Assembly (NCBI GenBank): GCA_030390025.1
Contig: CM059432.1
Location: forward strand, 52,826,001-52,890,000
Reading direction: 5' to 3'
Length of the DNA: 64,000 bases
Origin: Squalus acanthias
Taxonomy: Eukaryota
In this document: piece by piece, positions 56,701-64,000 of the stretch
Layout of the letters: each line of letters begins with the position of its first letter
How positions within the stretch are numbered: the first letter of the stretch is position 1
Translations under genes and position numbers: made by a program
The notes under the pieces: model-generated
Databases searched by the model: none
What the model saw: only the letters and a program-made list of their open reading frames with translations
What the model was told of the DNA's origin: nothing

Positions 56701-59165
56701 CAACAGTAACCCTTAATGTTTAGTCCATCTATTTCAAATAACCAGGTTGTCAGTCAAGTTGAGTCAGGGTGCCAAAACTCTTCCTTAGGAAGACTAATAC
56801 TTCATTTACTAAGAGAATGAAAGTTCAAGTTTCCAGGAAGGAAAAGCTTGAGAATTACTGTTTCCATGGATGACATGAAGTTTTAGTTTTCTTTGAGCCC
56901 TTACAAAAGGCAAAATGCACAGGATCTTACCCTCTCAAGAAATAGTAATGTCATCGTGTGATGTCTCTTTGATTCAAATGTCTGTTCCTAACTGTTGTGA
57001 TAATGTCATTTTCTGTAATATGTATCCTGATGGAGACTACTTGTGGGTTGTACTATGATTCTACTGAGGAGCTATGCCAATGTATTATGTTCCTGGTGGT
57101 ATACACACACACATTTGCATCTTCTGAAAAATTTGCAAAGGACTCTTGAAATGGGACAGAGGCCTTATTCCTTCTGCTTCAGTAATTTGATTATCATGGA
57201 GTTGTCTCTCCATCGTATTTAGTATCAGAAAATAACAAAGCTAGTATCATTACCCAGAACTAGTTTGATATCTGCCAAAACATCTTCCCTCCATTCTTTA
57301 TAGATTCAGTTTTCATCCAGATTAGCTGAAACAAAAGAGCAACTACAATTCTAACAGGTTTAGTTGCAGGGACATTATGAAAAGCCCAACATCTCAAGTA
57401 AGATGAGTAGATATTAGCTGTGATTCTAAGGCTTTGTGGTAAGGCAGTTGCTCCTGGTAGTCCCAGGAACTAGATGCAATGGGTATTGGGAGAAGACAAT
57501 GTACTTGAATAATTGATTTGTAATGCTAAACTTTAAATGTCCCCATGGACTTCGTCCTGTGTAATGGTACTGTGCAATATGAATAAGGAAAAATGTAAAC
57601 ACCATCATCACAAAATAATTTTGACACTCAAATTGAGGACAAAAATGTATCACTGTAAAATGCACGCACAATCCACTAGTTAAAGTGATAAAAAAGTTCA
57701 TGTCCCAGCTGGAGGTTTCTGAGTTTGAGTGCCTGGCGCCTTCACTCCAACTCACTTGCATCAGGTGGACTAAGATAAACTCTCACCACTTCAAAGTCAG
57801 ACATAATTATCCACCTCGGATGAAAGTGGCATGAATGATAACTATGAAAATGTCTACAACTAAGGTTAATATGCCCTTCTAGCAGTGGAAGTGAGCAACT
57901 TTGTTAGGGAGAAAACAAAAATCCATATTGGCACAAAATTAACTAGAACGTGGAAAGGACTGAACTTATTAATTAGATTGGGTCAAAATTCAGTTGTTTT
58001 ATTGCAATAAGATCTATTGTTGGAATTTATTTTAATGACATTATGTTACGAAATAGCTAACTATCTTTAAAACATTAAAGGCAAATTCAGTGAGGCTAGG
58101 CTTCCGAAGCAGTACCTTGCGAGACAGAAACGATAGACAGACAATTGGGATCCGACTCGTGCTCCACTCAGTGATTGCAGTCTCACTGAATTTACTCTTA
58201 AATGTGTCAATTTCCAATTCCATTGTTGAATAAGTTTCAAACTTTTTAATCATAGCAACTTCACCTTCTGTCCTCTTGTTCATGAAACACTCCAGAATTC
58301 CCTGAAAACTTGTGCCGAAACAACAGCGTAAATACGGTATAATGCTGATTTATGGTGCAAAACTGAAGGAAATTGGAGTGCAAGTGACATACACCATTCT
58401 GCAAAACCTCCACCAAAACCCTCTGCTGTTCATCAACATAGCTCCGCCTTCATGCAAAAGTGCAGCTCATGAATTTCCTGAATTTATGCATGTTCTGAAT
58501 TGGCTGTAAATTTACATCTAAACTTTATTTCTTGTGTTTTGTGGCGATTTCTTAAGAGACCTACAATGTACTTTCGGTATTTTTGAATGTATCTTTATGG
58601 CATCAGAATGATTTGCGTTAAAATTGGAAAAACTTCCACGATTGCATTTTCTTAAACATGCGATGCCTAATGTGCATAAATTATGGTTTGATAGCTTCAA
58701 ACTTTAACTTTCACGCGTAAAGAGGGAGTTGATAAGGAATATGGTGCAAGTTTGGCGCTTTTCTCAGGCCCAATTATCTTTGCTGATTTTCACTTGTTTT
58801 ACGCTGGTGTTTAACATTCTAGCATATGCTAATAAGATTCTCAGGAAATTTTGGCATAACTCACAGACAGGAAGATCGGTGTAAATTATGGCGTGACTTG
58901 CAGGTTACGCAGTTTCTAGAAATTCTGGGCCACTAATTCAGGTAGCTTTTAAAGGCGCTATGTTCTCCTGGAAGGAGGGTGGTAAGTAATAGCAGGATTA
59001 AGGGGATAGGCCGAAATAGTTATTTATCACTACAGCAACATCAGGTATTAATTTAACTTACATTGGATGATGGTCGCTGGCCCCTCCAGATTCTCATGGT
59101 AAGATCTGCTGGTTTGATATTCCTCATTGCACTGCTATCTTCAGAAATAACACTAACCACAAAAT
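8610..59165 (-). CDS. SMCHD1: SMCHD1 (SMC hinge domain-containing protein 1), 3' part: 16 coding exons; gene continues beyond window end
   Basis: 16 exons with AG acceptors, GT (one GC) donors and matching phases splice to one open frame of 1925 nt. Peptides such as [52 protein letters not shown] and [26 protein letters not shown] match vertebrate SMCHD1 as recalled. Confidence 0.97.
8854..8971 (-). CDS. SMCHD1: SMCHD1 penultimate exon (118 nt): [38 protein letters not shown](S)
   Basis: tatacag|GT; TAG|gtatgt; contains the conserved KRMRRE basic motif. Confidence 0.92.
10919..11072 (+). mobile_element. Old tRNA-derived SINE fragment (AmnSINE2-like by recollection)
   Basis: cagaccaggagg...ggtctgtgctgaattagttgatctcagctg; related pieces at 15098-15495 (+) and about 30225-30285 (-). 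Confidence 0.45.
11718..12165 (+). mobile_element. Near-complete tRNA-headed Deu-domain SINE (SacSINE1-like)
   Basis: A box and B box (gggttcaaatccc), Deu-like core, L2-like tail ending aaggcgctatata. Confidence 0.85.
12971..13985. mobile_element. PIF/Harbinger-type non-autonomous element, with nested SINE
   Basis: TIRs GGGCCCAATCTT / AAGATTTGGCCC; flanks ATT/AGT (imperfect 3-bp TSD); truncated second copy at 55347. Confidence 0.75.
13639..13948 (-). mobile_element. HE1-type V-SINE, full length, young
   Basis: tRNA head (GGTGGCATAGTGG; GGTTCGAATCC), V-domain core (gtgggtttcctccgggtgctccggtttcctcccacagtccaaag), CR1-like tail; near-identical to 38265-38578. Confidence 0.92.
14015..14173 (-). 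CDS. SMCHD1: SMCHD1 exon (159 nt): [52 protein letters not shown](G), post-hinge coiled coil
   Basis: tttctcttgtag|AT acceptor; TAG|gcaagt non-canonical GC donor; phase 1 to 1. Confidence 0.93.
15098..15495 (+). repeat. Old SINE remnant with a direct duplication of about 95 bp
   Basis: tgagtttata..ataggtaaaccacagaggtcaggaaggt..ttgatcc..ctgttctgttagcag..tatcatcc occurs at about 15116-15215 and about 15402-15492. Confidence 0.7.
16313..16435. mobile_element. 123-bp hAT MITE
   Basis: 15-bp TIRs CAATGTTCCCTCTAA / TTAGAGGGAGCATTG; 8-bp TSD ACCTGGAC/CCCTGGAC (7/8 match). Confidence 0.85.
16603..17018 (+). mobile_element. Deu-domain SINE (SacSINE1-like)
   Basis: Colinear with 11718-12165. Confidence 0.85.
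17022..17574 (-). mobile_element. CR1 LINE 3' fragment
   Basis: [20 protein letters not shown]...[12 protein letters not shown] peptide and CR1 3' tail. Confidence 0.9.
18216..18387 (-). CDS. SMCHD1: SMCHD1 exon (172 nt), hinge glycine motif: [57 protein letters not shown](D)
   Basis: ccttttttttag|GTT; TTG|gtatgt; phase 0 to 1. Confidence 0.97.
18624..18694 (-). CDS. SMCHD1: SMCHD1 exon (71 nt): [23 protein letters not shown]
   Basis: tttttcag|TG; GAG|gtatgt; phase 1 to 0. Confidence 0.95.
19463..19572 (-). CDS. SMCHD1: SMCHD1 exon (110 nt): [36 protein letters not shown](V)
   Basis: ttgtag|G; CAG|gtaaag; phase 2 to 1. Confidence 0.95.
19825..20828 (-). mobile_element. CR1 LINE 3' fragment (RT to tail)
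   Basis: [27 protein letters not shown]1 tail. Confidence 0.9.
21075..21923. mobile_element. PIF/Harbinger-type non-autonomous element
   Basis: GGG...CCC ends, AAG on both flanks; colinear with 48899-49681. Confidence 0.75.
22178..22368 (-). CDS. SMCHD1: SMCHD1 exon (191 nt), hinge: [63 protein letters not shown](R)
   Basis: tcacag|ATT; CAG|gtataa; phase 0 to 2; highly conserved hinge peptide. Confidence 0.96.
23018..23140 (-). CDS. SMCHD1: SMCHD1 exon (123 nt): [41 protein letters not shown]
   Basis: tttttttctacaatttag|CTC; AAG|gtatga; phase 0 to 0. Confidence 0.93.
24558..24643 (-). CDS. SMCHD1: SMCHD1 exon (86 nt): [28 protein letters not shown]
   Basis: tctttag|GT; ACT|gtaagc; phase 1 to 0. 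Confidence 0.92.
25831..26064 (+). pseudogene. Harbinger Myb/SANT-like DNA-binding protein, first exon (78 codons, open)
   Basis: RERARRF...[13 protein letters not shown]...MWREVAHHV...[13 protein letters not shown] (Myb/SANT-like W/F spacing, as in NAIF1/MSANTD-type domains); ends at AGG|gtgagt; downstream exons absent. Confidence 0.8.
26407..26539 (-). pseudogene. Collapsed Harbinger transposase remnant (start joined to C-terminus)
   Basis: ATG GGG ATT GCA, then an acidic stretch and (shifted frame) [14 protein letters not shown], resembling the C-terminal end of Harbinger/HARBI1-like transposases; convergent with the Myb exon. Confidence 0.55.
28750..28869 (-). CDS. SMCHD1: SMCHD1 exon (120 nt): [39 protein letters not shown](C), coiled coil
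   Basis: tttcttcacag|AT; AGT|gtaagc; phase 1 to 1. Confidence 0.95.
29232..29937. mobile_element. PIF/Harbinger-type MITE, GC/CpG-rich
   Basis: TIRs GAGGGAGAAATT / AATTTCTCCCCC; flanks AAA/TAA. Confidence 0.75.
30499..30631 (-). CDS. SMCHD1: SMCHD1 exon (133 nt): [44 protein letters not shown](D)
   Basis: cctttttaatag|AGC; ACG|gtaagc; phase 0 to 1. Confidence 0.95.
30820..31092 (-). mobile_element. CR1 3' tail fragment
   Basis: gagcaggagtaggcc... tail and the [17 protein letters not shown] region on the minus strand. Confidence 0.8.
31143..34590 (-). mobile_element. CR1 LINE, 5' truncated in ORF1, with internal RT deletion
   Basis: ORF1 esterase (HIGTNN...DGLHLN), endonuclease ([14 protein letters not shown]), RT N-terminus, C-terminus and tail; multiple frameshifts. 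Confidence 0.92.
31744..32419. mobile_element. PIF/Harbinger-type non-autonomous element nested in CR1
   Basis: Perfect 12-bp TIRs GGGCTGGATTTT / AAAATCCAGCCC; perfect TAT TSD. Confidence 0.88.
35228..35475 (-). mobile_element. Deu-domain SINE, degenerate; core resumes at about 36510-36535
   Basis: Reverse complement of the SINE tail and core (ttgcatttatatag...atcttttacatccacctga; catctcatctgaaagacgg). Confidence 0.7.
35519..36489. mobile_element. PIF/Harbinger-type MITE with nested CR1 3' fragment (35890-36133, minus)
   Basis: TIRs GGCCCAGAATTTGC / GCAAATTACAGGCC; flanks AAT/GAT; related copy at 59534. Confidence 0.78.
36662..36815 (+). repeat. Two tandem monomers of about 75 bp in the CR1 5'UTR
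   Basis: gaggccggt...aacaggagagaacagtgagtatttaaactcac...gggc(T)n..aca begins at 36662 and 36737; a third start at 36815. Confidence 0.85.
38265..38578 (+). mobile_element. HE1-type V-SINE inserted in CR1 ORF2
   Basis: Splits RSIRN|KVDEL of the endonuclease; AATAA duplicated on both sides. Confidence 0.92.
42254..43165 (-). mobile_element. CR1 LINE 3' fragment
   Basis: LQEDID...[32 protein letters not shown]1 tail. Confidence 0.9.
44639..44791 (-). CDS. SMCHD1: SMCHD1 exon (153 nt): [51 protein letters not shown]
   Basis: ctttgcaattag|GAT; TCA|gtaagt; phase 0 to 0. Not in the ORF track; fills the expected gap between the flanking exons. Confidence 0.92.
46705..50514 (+). mobile_element. CR1 LINE (end of ORF1 to tail), degenerate, with nested Harbinger-type element
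   Basis: Endonuclease ([12 protein letters not shown]), RT ([23 protein letters not shown]), C-terminus and tatgttcttatgt tail. Confidence 0.92.
48899..49681. mobile_element. PIF/Harbinger-type non-autonomous element nested in CR1
   Basis: TIRs AGGCTGGATTTTA / TAAAATCTAGCCC; AAA TSD; same family as 21075-21923. Confidence 0.85.
51133..51264 (-). CDS. SMCHD1: SMCHD1 exon (132 nt): [44 protein letters not shown]
   Basis: polypyrimidine tract plus ttccag|ATT; ATG|gtaaaa donor; phase 0 to 0. Confidence 0.95.
51480..52270 (-). mobile_element. Old degenerate CR1-like RT fragment
   Basis: Reverse complement contains aagtttgcagatgatggcaaacta (KFADD.K) and upstream GVLQ-like sequence. Confidence 0.6.
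52447..52911 (+). mobile_element. L2 LINE 3' fragment
   Basis: AARILTRTK...[17 protein letters not shown] and L2 tail aaaggcgctatataaatgcaagttg. Confidence 0.85.
53475..53559 (-). CDS. SMCHD1: SMCHD1 exon (85 nt): [28 protein letters not shown]
   Basis: catttcag|G acceptor; CAG|gtatga donor; phase 2 to 0. Confidence 0.92.
54543..54604 (-). CDS. SMCHD1: SMCHD1 exon (62 nt): [20 protein letters not shown](R)
   Basis: ttttttctttag|CCC acceptor; CAG|gtattc donor; phase 0 to 2. Confidence 0.92.
55347..55880. mobile_element. Truncated copy of the 12971-13985 Harbinger-type element
   Basis: Colinear from ggcccaggatttgctggagtggggcatctcac; right TIR absent. Confidence 0.8.
56255..56655 (-). mobile_element. 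Deu-domain SINE, degenerate
   Basis: Reverse complement of tail, core (ctcggtttaacatctcatccgaaa) and tRNA head. Confidence 0.7.
58287..58932. mobile_element. Old Harbinger-type MITE
   Basis: Ends ctccagaattccctgaaaact / agtttctagaaattctgggccc are imperfect inverted repeats. Confidence 0.55.
59062..59165 (-). CDS. SMCHD1: SMCHD1 exon (104 nt): (D)[34 protein letters not shown]
   Basis: ctctctcctag|AT acceptor; AAT|gtaagt donor; phase 1 to 0. Confidence 0.92.
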
Positions 59166-59533
59166 CTAGGAGAGAGTTACACAAAAGTATTAATGGCTCA
59201 TTATATGCATAATTGTCTTCACATGTTTGGGTTAGATTATAGCAAATTAGTAAAGATTCTTTTGAAGTACAATAATGGTCTTCAAGCATTTTGTGAACGA
59301 TTAATCAAAATTAATGCTGCATCAACTAACTTATACTTGCTTGGTTAGTAGAGTTTAACTGCATTTGGTTTTCGAAATGTCCTATTTCCTTTTCTGTGTG
59401 ACTACATTCGCAGTTTAATTCAATACAAAAGCTAGCCTTATATTCTCTAACAATCTACGAACAGTGTTTCAATAAAGCTGCAAGTCTAAAATAGTTAATT
59501 CATTCATTCATTCATTTTCTTTTCAAAGATAAT

Positions 59534-60676
59534 GGCACAGAATTTGTGGTGGGTAATAACAGCGAACAAACAGCGTTTGCTGTTGTAACCCTTTTGAAAC
59601 TGACCGCAACTTCAGGATGTAGCGCATGCGCATCCTAATGCAGAAATCCTGAAGTTCTGAGCAGTCATTCACTGCTCCAACACTGACTGCGCTGTGCCCC
59701 CCCCGCCGCCACCACCACCAGCAATCAGTGTAATCTGTCAAATCAGGGAAACAGGACAAAAACTACAGCTCTCCCGCGGTAATACTGCTGTTAAATACCC
59801 CATTAAAAGTTAGACCCTTTTGGATTAGATGTAACTGGGGTTTTAACAGCGTATTGACTACTAAACGGGTCACATCGTCCGCATGCCCGATACGAGACTC
59901 CCAAAACAAGCGCTCTACTCGGAGCTCCGACACGGCAAGAGAGCCCCAGGTGGGCAGAGGAAATGCTTCAAGGGCACCCTCAAAGCCTCCTTGAAAAAGT
60001 GCAACATCCCCACTGACACCTGGGAATCCCTGGTCCAAGACTGTACAAAGTGGAAGAGAAGCATCCAGGAAGGCGCCGAATGCCTCGAGTCTCTTCACTG
60101 GGAGCAAGCGGAAGCCAAGCGCAAACAGCGGAAGGAGCGCACCTCAACCCAAGCACCCCACCCACCCGCCCCTTCAACCACTGTCTGCCCCACCTGTGAC
60201 AGAGACTGTAGGTCCTGCATTGGACTCATCAGTCACCTGAGAACTCATTTTTAATGTGGAAGCAAGTCATCTTCGGTTCCGAGGGACTGCCCAAGAAGAA
60301 GACGACTACTAAACAAACATTATGGCCCTGAAAAACTAATTTTAATTGTGGAGTGTCAAATTTATCGATTTTAATAAAAAATTTAAAGAAAATTTACATT
60401 AAAAAGTTTGTTCATCTTTATTTTAGTTTTACCTTTTCCCCATGAGAGCGCCCCAATCTTTGTTTTGCTCTCTATTACATTTTTAAAAAGTTAGAATCAA
60501 AGGAGCTTACTCACTTCCTGGTTCTCTGAGAACTCTGCATTGTGATTGGCTGCTTAGACATCTTGTTGACATCACAGCAGCTTGCGCAATGGGATTCCCA
60601 CTAAACTACGCTGATTTCAACTGCACGTCGGAAAAGCCGAACTTCTCGCCACAGAGATCGCAAGATCTTTGTGGGA
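59534..60676. mobile_element. Harbinger-type MITE (family of 35519-36489), right end missing, with nested RTE
   Basis: Starts GGCACAGAATTTG; colinear with 35519-36430. Confidence 0.75.
59867..60303 (+). mobile_element. RTE-clade LINE 3' fragment
   Basis: GHIVRMPDTRLPKQALYSEL...CPTCDRDCRSCIGLISHLRTH*; (AAG)n tail; 11-bp TSD GACTACTAAAC (59856-59866 and 60304-60314). Confidence 0.92.
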
Positions 60677-60686
60677 AGCTTACTTC

Positions 60687-61391
60687 AGGGCCAATGCGGG
60701 ACCTACAGTCTCCGTCACAGGTGGGGCAGACGGCGGGTGGGTGGGGTGCTTGGGTTGACGTGCGCTCCCTGCGCTTGCTCCCGGCGAAGAGACTCGAGGT
60801 GTTCGCCGCCTTCCCGGATACTTCTCCTCCACTTTGTGCGGTCTTGGGCCAGGGATTCCCAGGTGTCGGTGGGGATGTTGCACTTTTTCCAAGGAGGCTT
60901 TGAGGGTGTCCTTGAAGCGTTTCCTCTGCCCACCTGGGGCTCTCTTGCCGCGTCGGAGCTCTGAGTAGAGCGCTTGTTTTGAGTCTCGTGTCAGGCATGC
61001 GGACGATGTGGCCCGTCCATCGGAGCTGATTGAGCGTGGTCAAAGCTTCGATGCTGGGGATGTTGGCTTGAGTGAGAACACTGACATTGGTGCGCCTATC
61101 CTGCCAATGGATTTGCAGGATCTTGCAGAGGCAGCCTTGGTGGTACCTCTCCAGTGCTTTGAGGTGCCTGCTGTACATGGTCCATGTCTCTGAGGCATAC
61201 AGGAGGGCAGGTATCACTACAGCTCTGTAGACCATGAGCTTGGTGCCAGGTTTGAGGTCCTGGTCTTCAAACACTCTCTTCCTCAGGCGACCGAAGGCTG
61301 CACTGGCACACTGAAGGTGGTGTTGGACTTGGTCATCGACGTCTGCCCTTGTTGACAGTAGGCTCCCGAGGTATGGAAAGTGGTCCACGTT
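60687..61391 (-). mobile_element. RTE-clade LINE fragment
   Basis: VDHFPYLGS...YRAVVIPALLYASETW...LRWTGHIVRMPDTRL; lacks the 3' tail. Confidence 0.92.
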
Positions 61392-61606
61392 GGTTAGACC
61401 ACACATGAGTACTGCATACAAGTCTGGTTGCCATTATTATAAAAAGGATATAGAGACACTGGAGAGGGTGCAGGGAAGATTTACAAGGATGATATCAGAA
61501 ATGTGAGGGTATACGTATCAAGAAAGGATGAACAGGCTGGGTCTCTTTTCACTTGAAAAAAGGCCGAGGGGTGACCTAATAGGAGGTCTGTAAAATTGTG
61601 AATGGT

Positions 61607-61690
<84 letters not shown>

Positions 61691-62011
61691 CTTCCACTTG
61701 TGAGGAAGAGCAAAACTAGAGGCCACCAATATAAGATAGTCACCAAGAAATCAAATAGGGAATTCAGAAGAAACTTCTTTGCCCAGAGAGTGGTGAGAAT
61801 GTGGAACTCGCTACCACAGGGAGTGGTTGAAGCGAATAATATAGATGCATTTAAGGGGCGGTTAGATAAGCATATGAGGGAGAAGGGAATAGAGGGTTAT
61901 GCTGATGGAGTTAGATGAGGAAAATACAGGAGGAGGCTCGAGTGGAGCATAAACGCCGGCATGGACTGGTTGGGCCGAATGGCTTGTTTCCGTGCTGGAT
62001 ATCCTATGTAA
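61391..62011 (+). mobile_element. CR1 3' fragment containing an expanded microsatellite
   Basis: TRGHQYKI...RVVRMWNSLPQ peptide and CR1 tail. Confidence 0.88.
61613..61688. repeat. (AG)38 microsatellite
   Basis: Perfect dinucleotide run. Confidence 0.97.
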
Positions 62012-62528
62012 TGAAAAATAACTTGCAGTTATATAGCACCTTATGTGCCCAGGACATTCCAAAGCAATTTGCAGACAAATTGCTTTTCAAATGCAGTCAC
62101 TGCTGTTATATAGTACAAAGTCATACAGTTCAGTGACTAAATAAGTTTAGTTTAATACATTAGAAATCAACCTTCCCAAACACATGCAAGGTATTTCTGG
62201 GAAGACAATTCTCCATAAAATTACAATGGCAGCAACAAGAATTGCAAGCACTTAAACCAGACCCTCATGTCTATACAAAAACACAAGCAACACTACAGCT
62301 TCATCCCAACATTGCGTAAATCACGTATAAAACCAGCAAAATGCATGGTAGGAAAAGAAGAAATTATTCCATGACAGAATAAACGTACAGGACTCTGAAT
62401 GCAGTGGATTTGATGGGCTAAATTAACTTTCTCACTCCAAACTATTGCATTCTCTGCAAATGGAACCACTGCTAGATAGCACTGTTACATGTGTGTCTCT
62501 CTCTGGTATAGTTTAAATGCTGTGGGGG

Positions 62529-62530
<2 letters not shown>

Positions 62531-62569
<39 letters not shown>

Positions 62570-62591
62570 AGTGAGTGTGAGAGTGAGAGTG
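62531..62591. repeat. Compound (GA)n/(GAGT)n microsatellite
   Basis: Visible repeat run. Confidence 0.9.
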
Positions 62592-62916
62592 CACAATGTG
62601 TGGCCACCAGGTAACAACACAATAAGTTACAGCTGTGATGCATCATGTGTCAAATAGCCTACCAATGTTCATGGTCTAGGTTCTAATAGAATGGTCACTA
62701 CTGCATGGTGAAAGAACAAAACCAGCTGCATATTACCCGAGCAAGGAGCTAACAGCTTCAGGAAGAGAAAGGGAGGAGAAATTGGCAGTAAACAAAATGA
62801 AAAAAATAGCGACTCACAAATGAATACTATTCTTGAAACGCATTATTCTTTAATCAATGAAACAATTTTGTAAAGGGTGGCGGCGGGAGAAGAGAAAATT
62901 GTGGAATTGTAATACC

Positions 62917-64000
62917 GGGGGGATTTTTTCGGGGGGGGGGGGGGGGGGGGGTGACGTGTCGGGTGGGAACATTTTTATTTGACAGCGAATAGGGAACCCG
63001 CCCGCCACGCTAGTTTCCCAGATGACGGGTCTGTCATCGCTGAACAGACCCGACACCAAGCGGCAGGGGAGGCAATTTAGATGATTCCGAGCTTGTTAAC
63101 AGGCACTTAAAATTTAATGGTGAGCTTAAAATAGTTTTTAAGAGTTTGCCCACGGCTTCCCCGCTGCTCGGGGATCACGTCAAGGTAAGGAGGTCGGGAG
63201 TTGTGTCACCGTGGGATCATTTCTTAACTTGACAGCTGCAAATGTGCTATAAAAGCTCCCATTTCATAGCCGTACACTTTCCAAGGTCAGAAGCTGTTGC
63301 TCACTGCATTTGGAAGACAGATTGAGCTTTATGCAGCTTGCATTTGTTTGGGGCAAACTCTGCATTCAGTGTCACCTCATTGCAACAACCTCTCTCACCA
63401 TTGACAGATCGCTCCAGTCAGCTCAACTTGACCTGCCATCTATTCCATCAGCGTCGGTGCCCTTGAAACTATTTCACCTTGGTCCTCGGAATCCCACCAC
63501 GATCAGCCCCAACACCACCAGCAAACTTCTCCGCAATCAACTGATGCTGCACAGGACACAGGGCATCAGCACCCGACCACATTGCTGCCTGGGACGTCAG
63601 GGATGGCCTCACCATAGCCAGATTTACTTCACTTGACGCTATACACCCTGGCTGCCACATGATGCGCCAGGTTGGCACCGCCCCACACCAATACCATAAA
63701 GCATCCCTACAATGACCAAGCCATTCCTTACACACTCATCGCCATTACAGGGGGTACCGATATGTCTCACCATTCACTGCAACTCACTAAGCCACTTCCA
63801 AAGGTGCACACAAATCTGTCCAAGAACGCAAAGTGTTGAAAATAAAGGTTTCAATGTTTGACAGCACATTAACAGAAACTTTACATGAACATTGGCTAAA
63901 ACACCCAAGTGCCTACCCTTGTGTGTTGTTACTTGGTATGATTGGACTAGGATGAGGGTGAGTGTGACCAGTTGCTATTGAGATGGGGAAGTGATAATGT
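62917..64000. mobile_element. Left part of another internally deleted Harbinger-type element (runs off the window)
   Basis: Starts GGGGGGATTTT like the other Harbinger TIRs; layout resembles the 21075/48899 elements (AAG|gtaagg, tgacagctgca); + strand reads AAWDVRDGLTIARF at about 63584-63626, similar to the transposase C-terminal remnant at 26407. Confidence 0.6.

Noticed and set aside
61481..61918. ORFs with poly-ER or poly-SL repeats
   Set aside because: Translation of an (AG)n microsatellite inside a CR1 fragment
59166..64000. Next upstream SMCHD1 exon
   Set aside because: No segment with a matching phase-1 donor and SMCHD1-like peptide was found by eye; it probably lies beyond the window

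Overview
Vertebrate genomic DNA, almost certainly from a cartilaginous fish: it carries HE1-type V-SINEs, Deu-domain SINEs and shark-type CR1/L2/RTE/Penelope elements. The only confidently identified host gene is SMCHD1 on the minus strand. I hand-assembled 16 3'-terminal coding exons (59165 to 8610, 1925 nt, about 640 aa) with consistent splice phases, covering the end of the long middle region, the coiled coil, the SMC hinge and a basic C-terminal tail. One intron is GC-AG. The rest is intron or 3' flank densely filled with nested transposable elements: a full-length CR1 LINE with a 14-bp TSD, many truncated CR1/L2/RTE copies, tRNA-derived SINEs, Penelope remnants with hammerhead ribozyme motifs, and a diverse set of PIF/Harbinger-type elements. 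One Harbinger element keeps a Myb/SANT exon facing a collapsed transposase gene. Most ORFs in the supplied track are TE fragments or chance ORFs. All family assignments come from recognition by eye; no database search was run.
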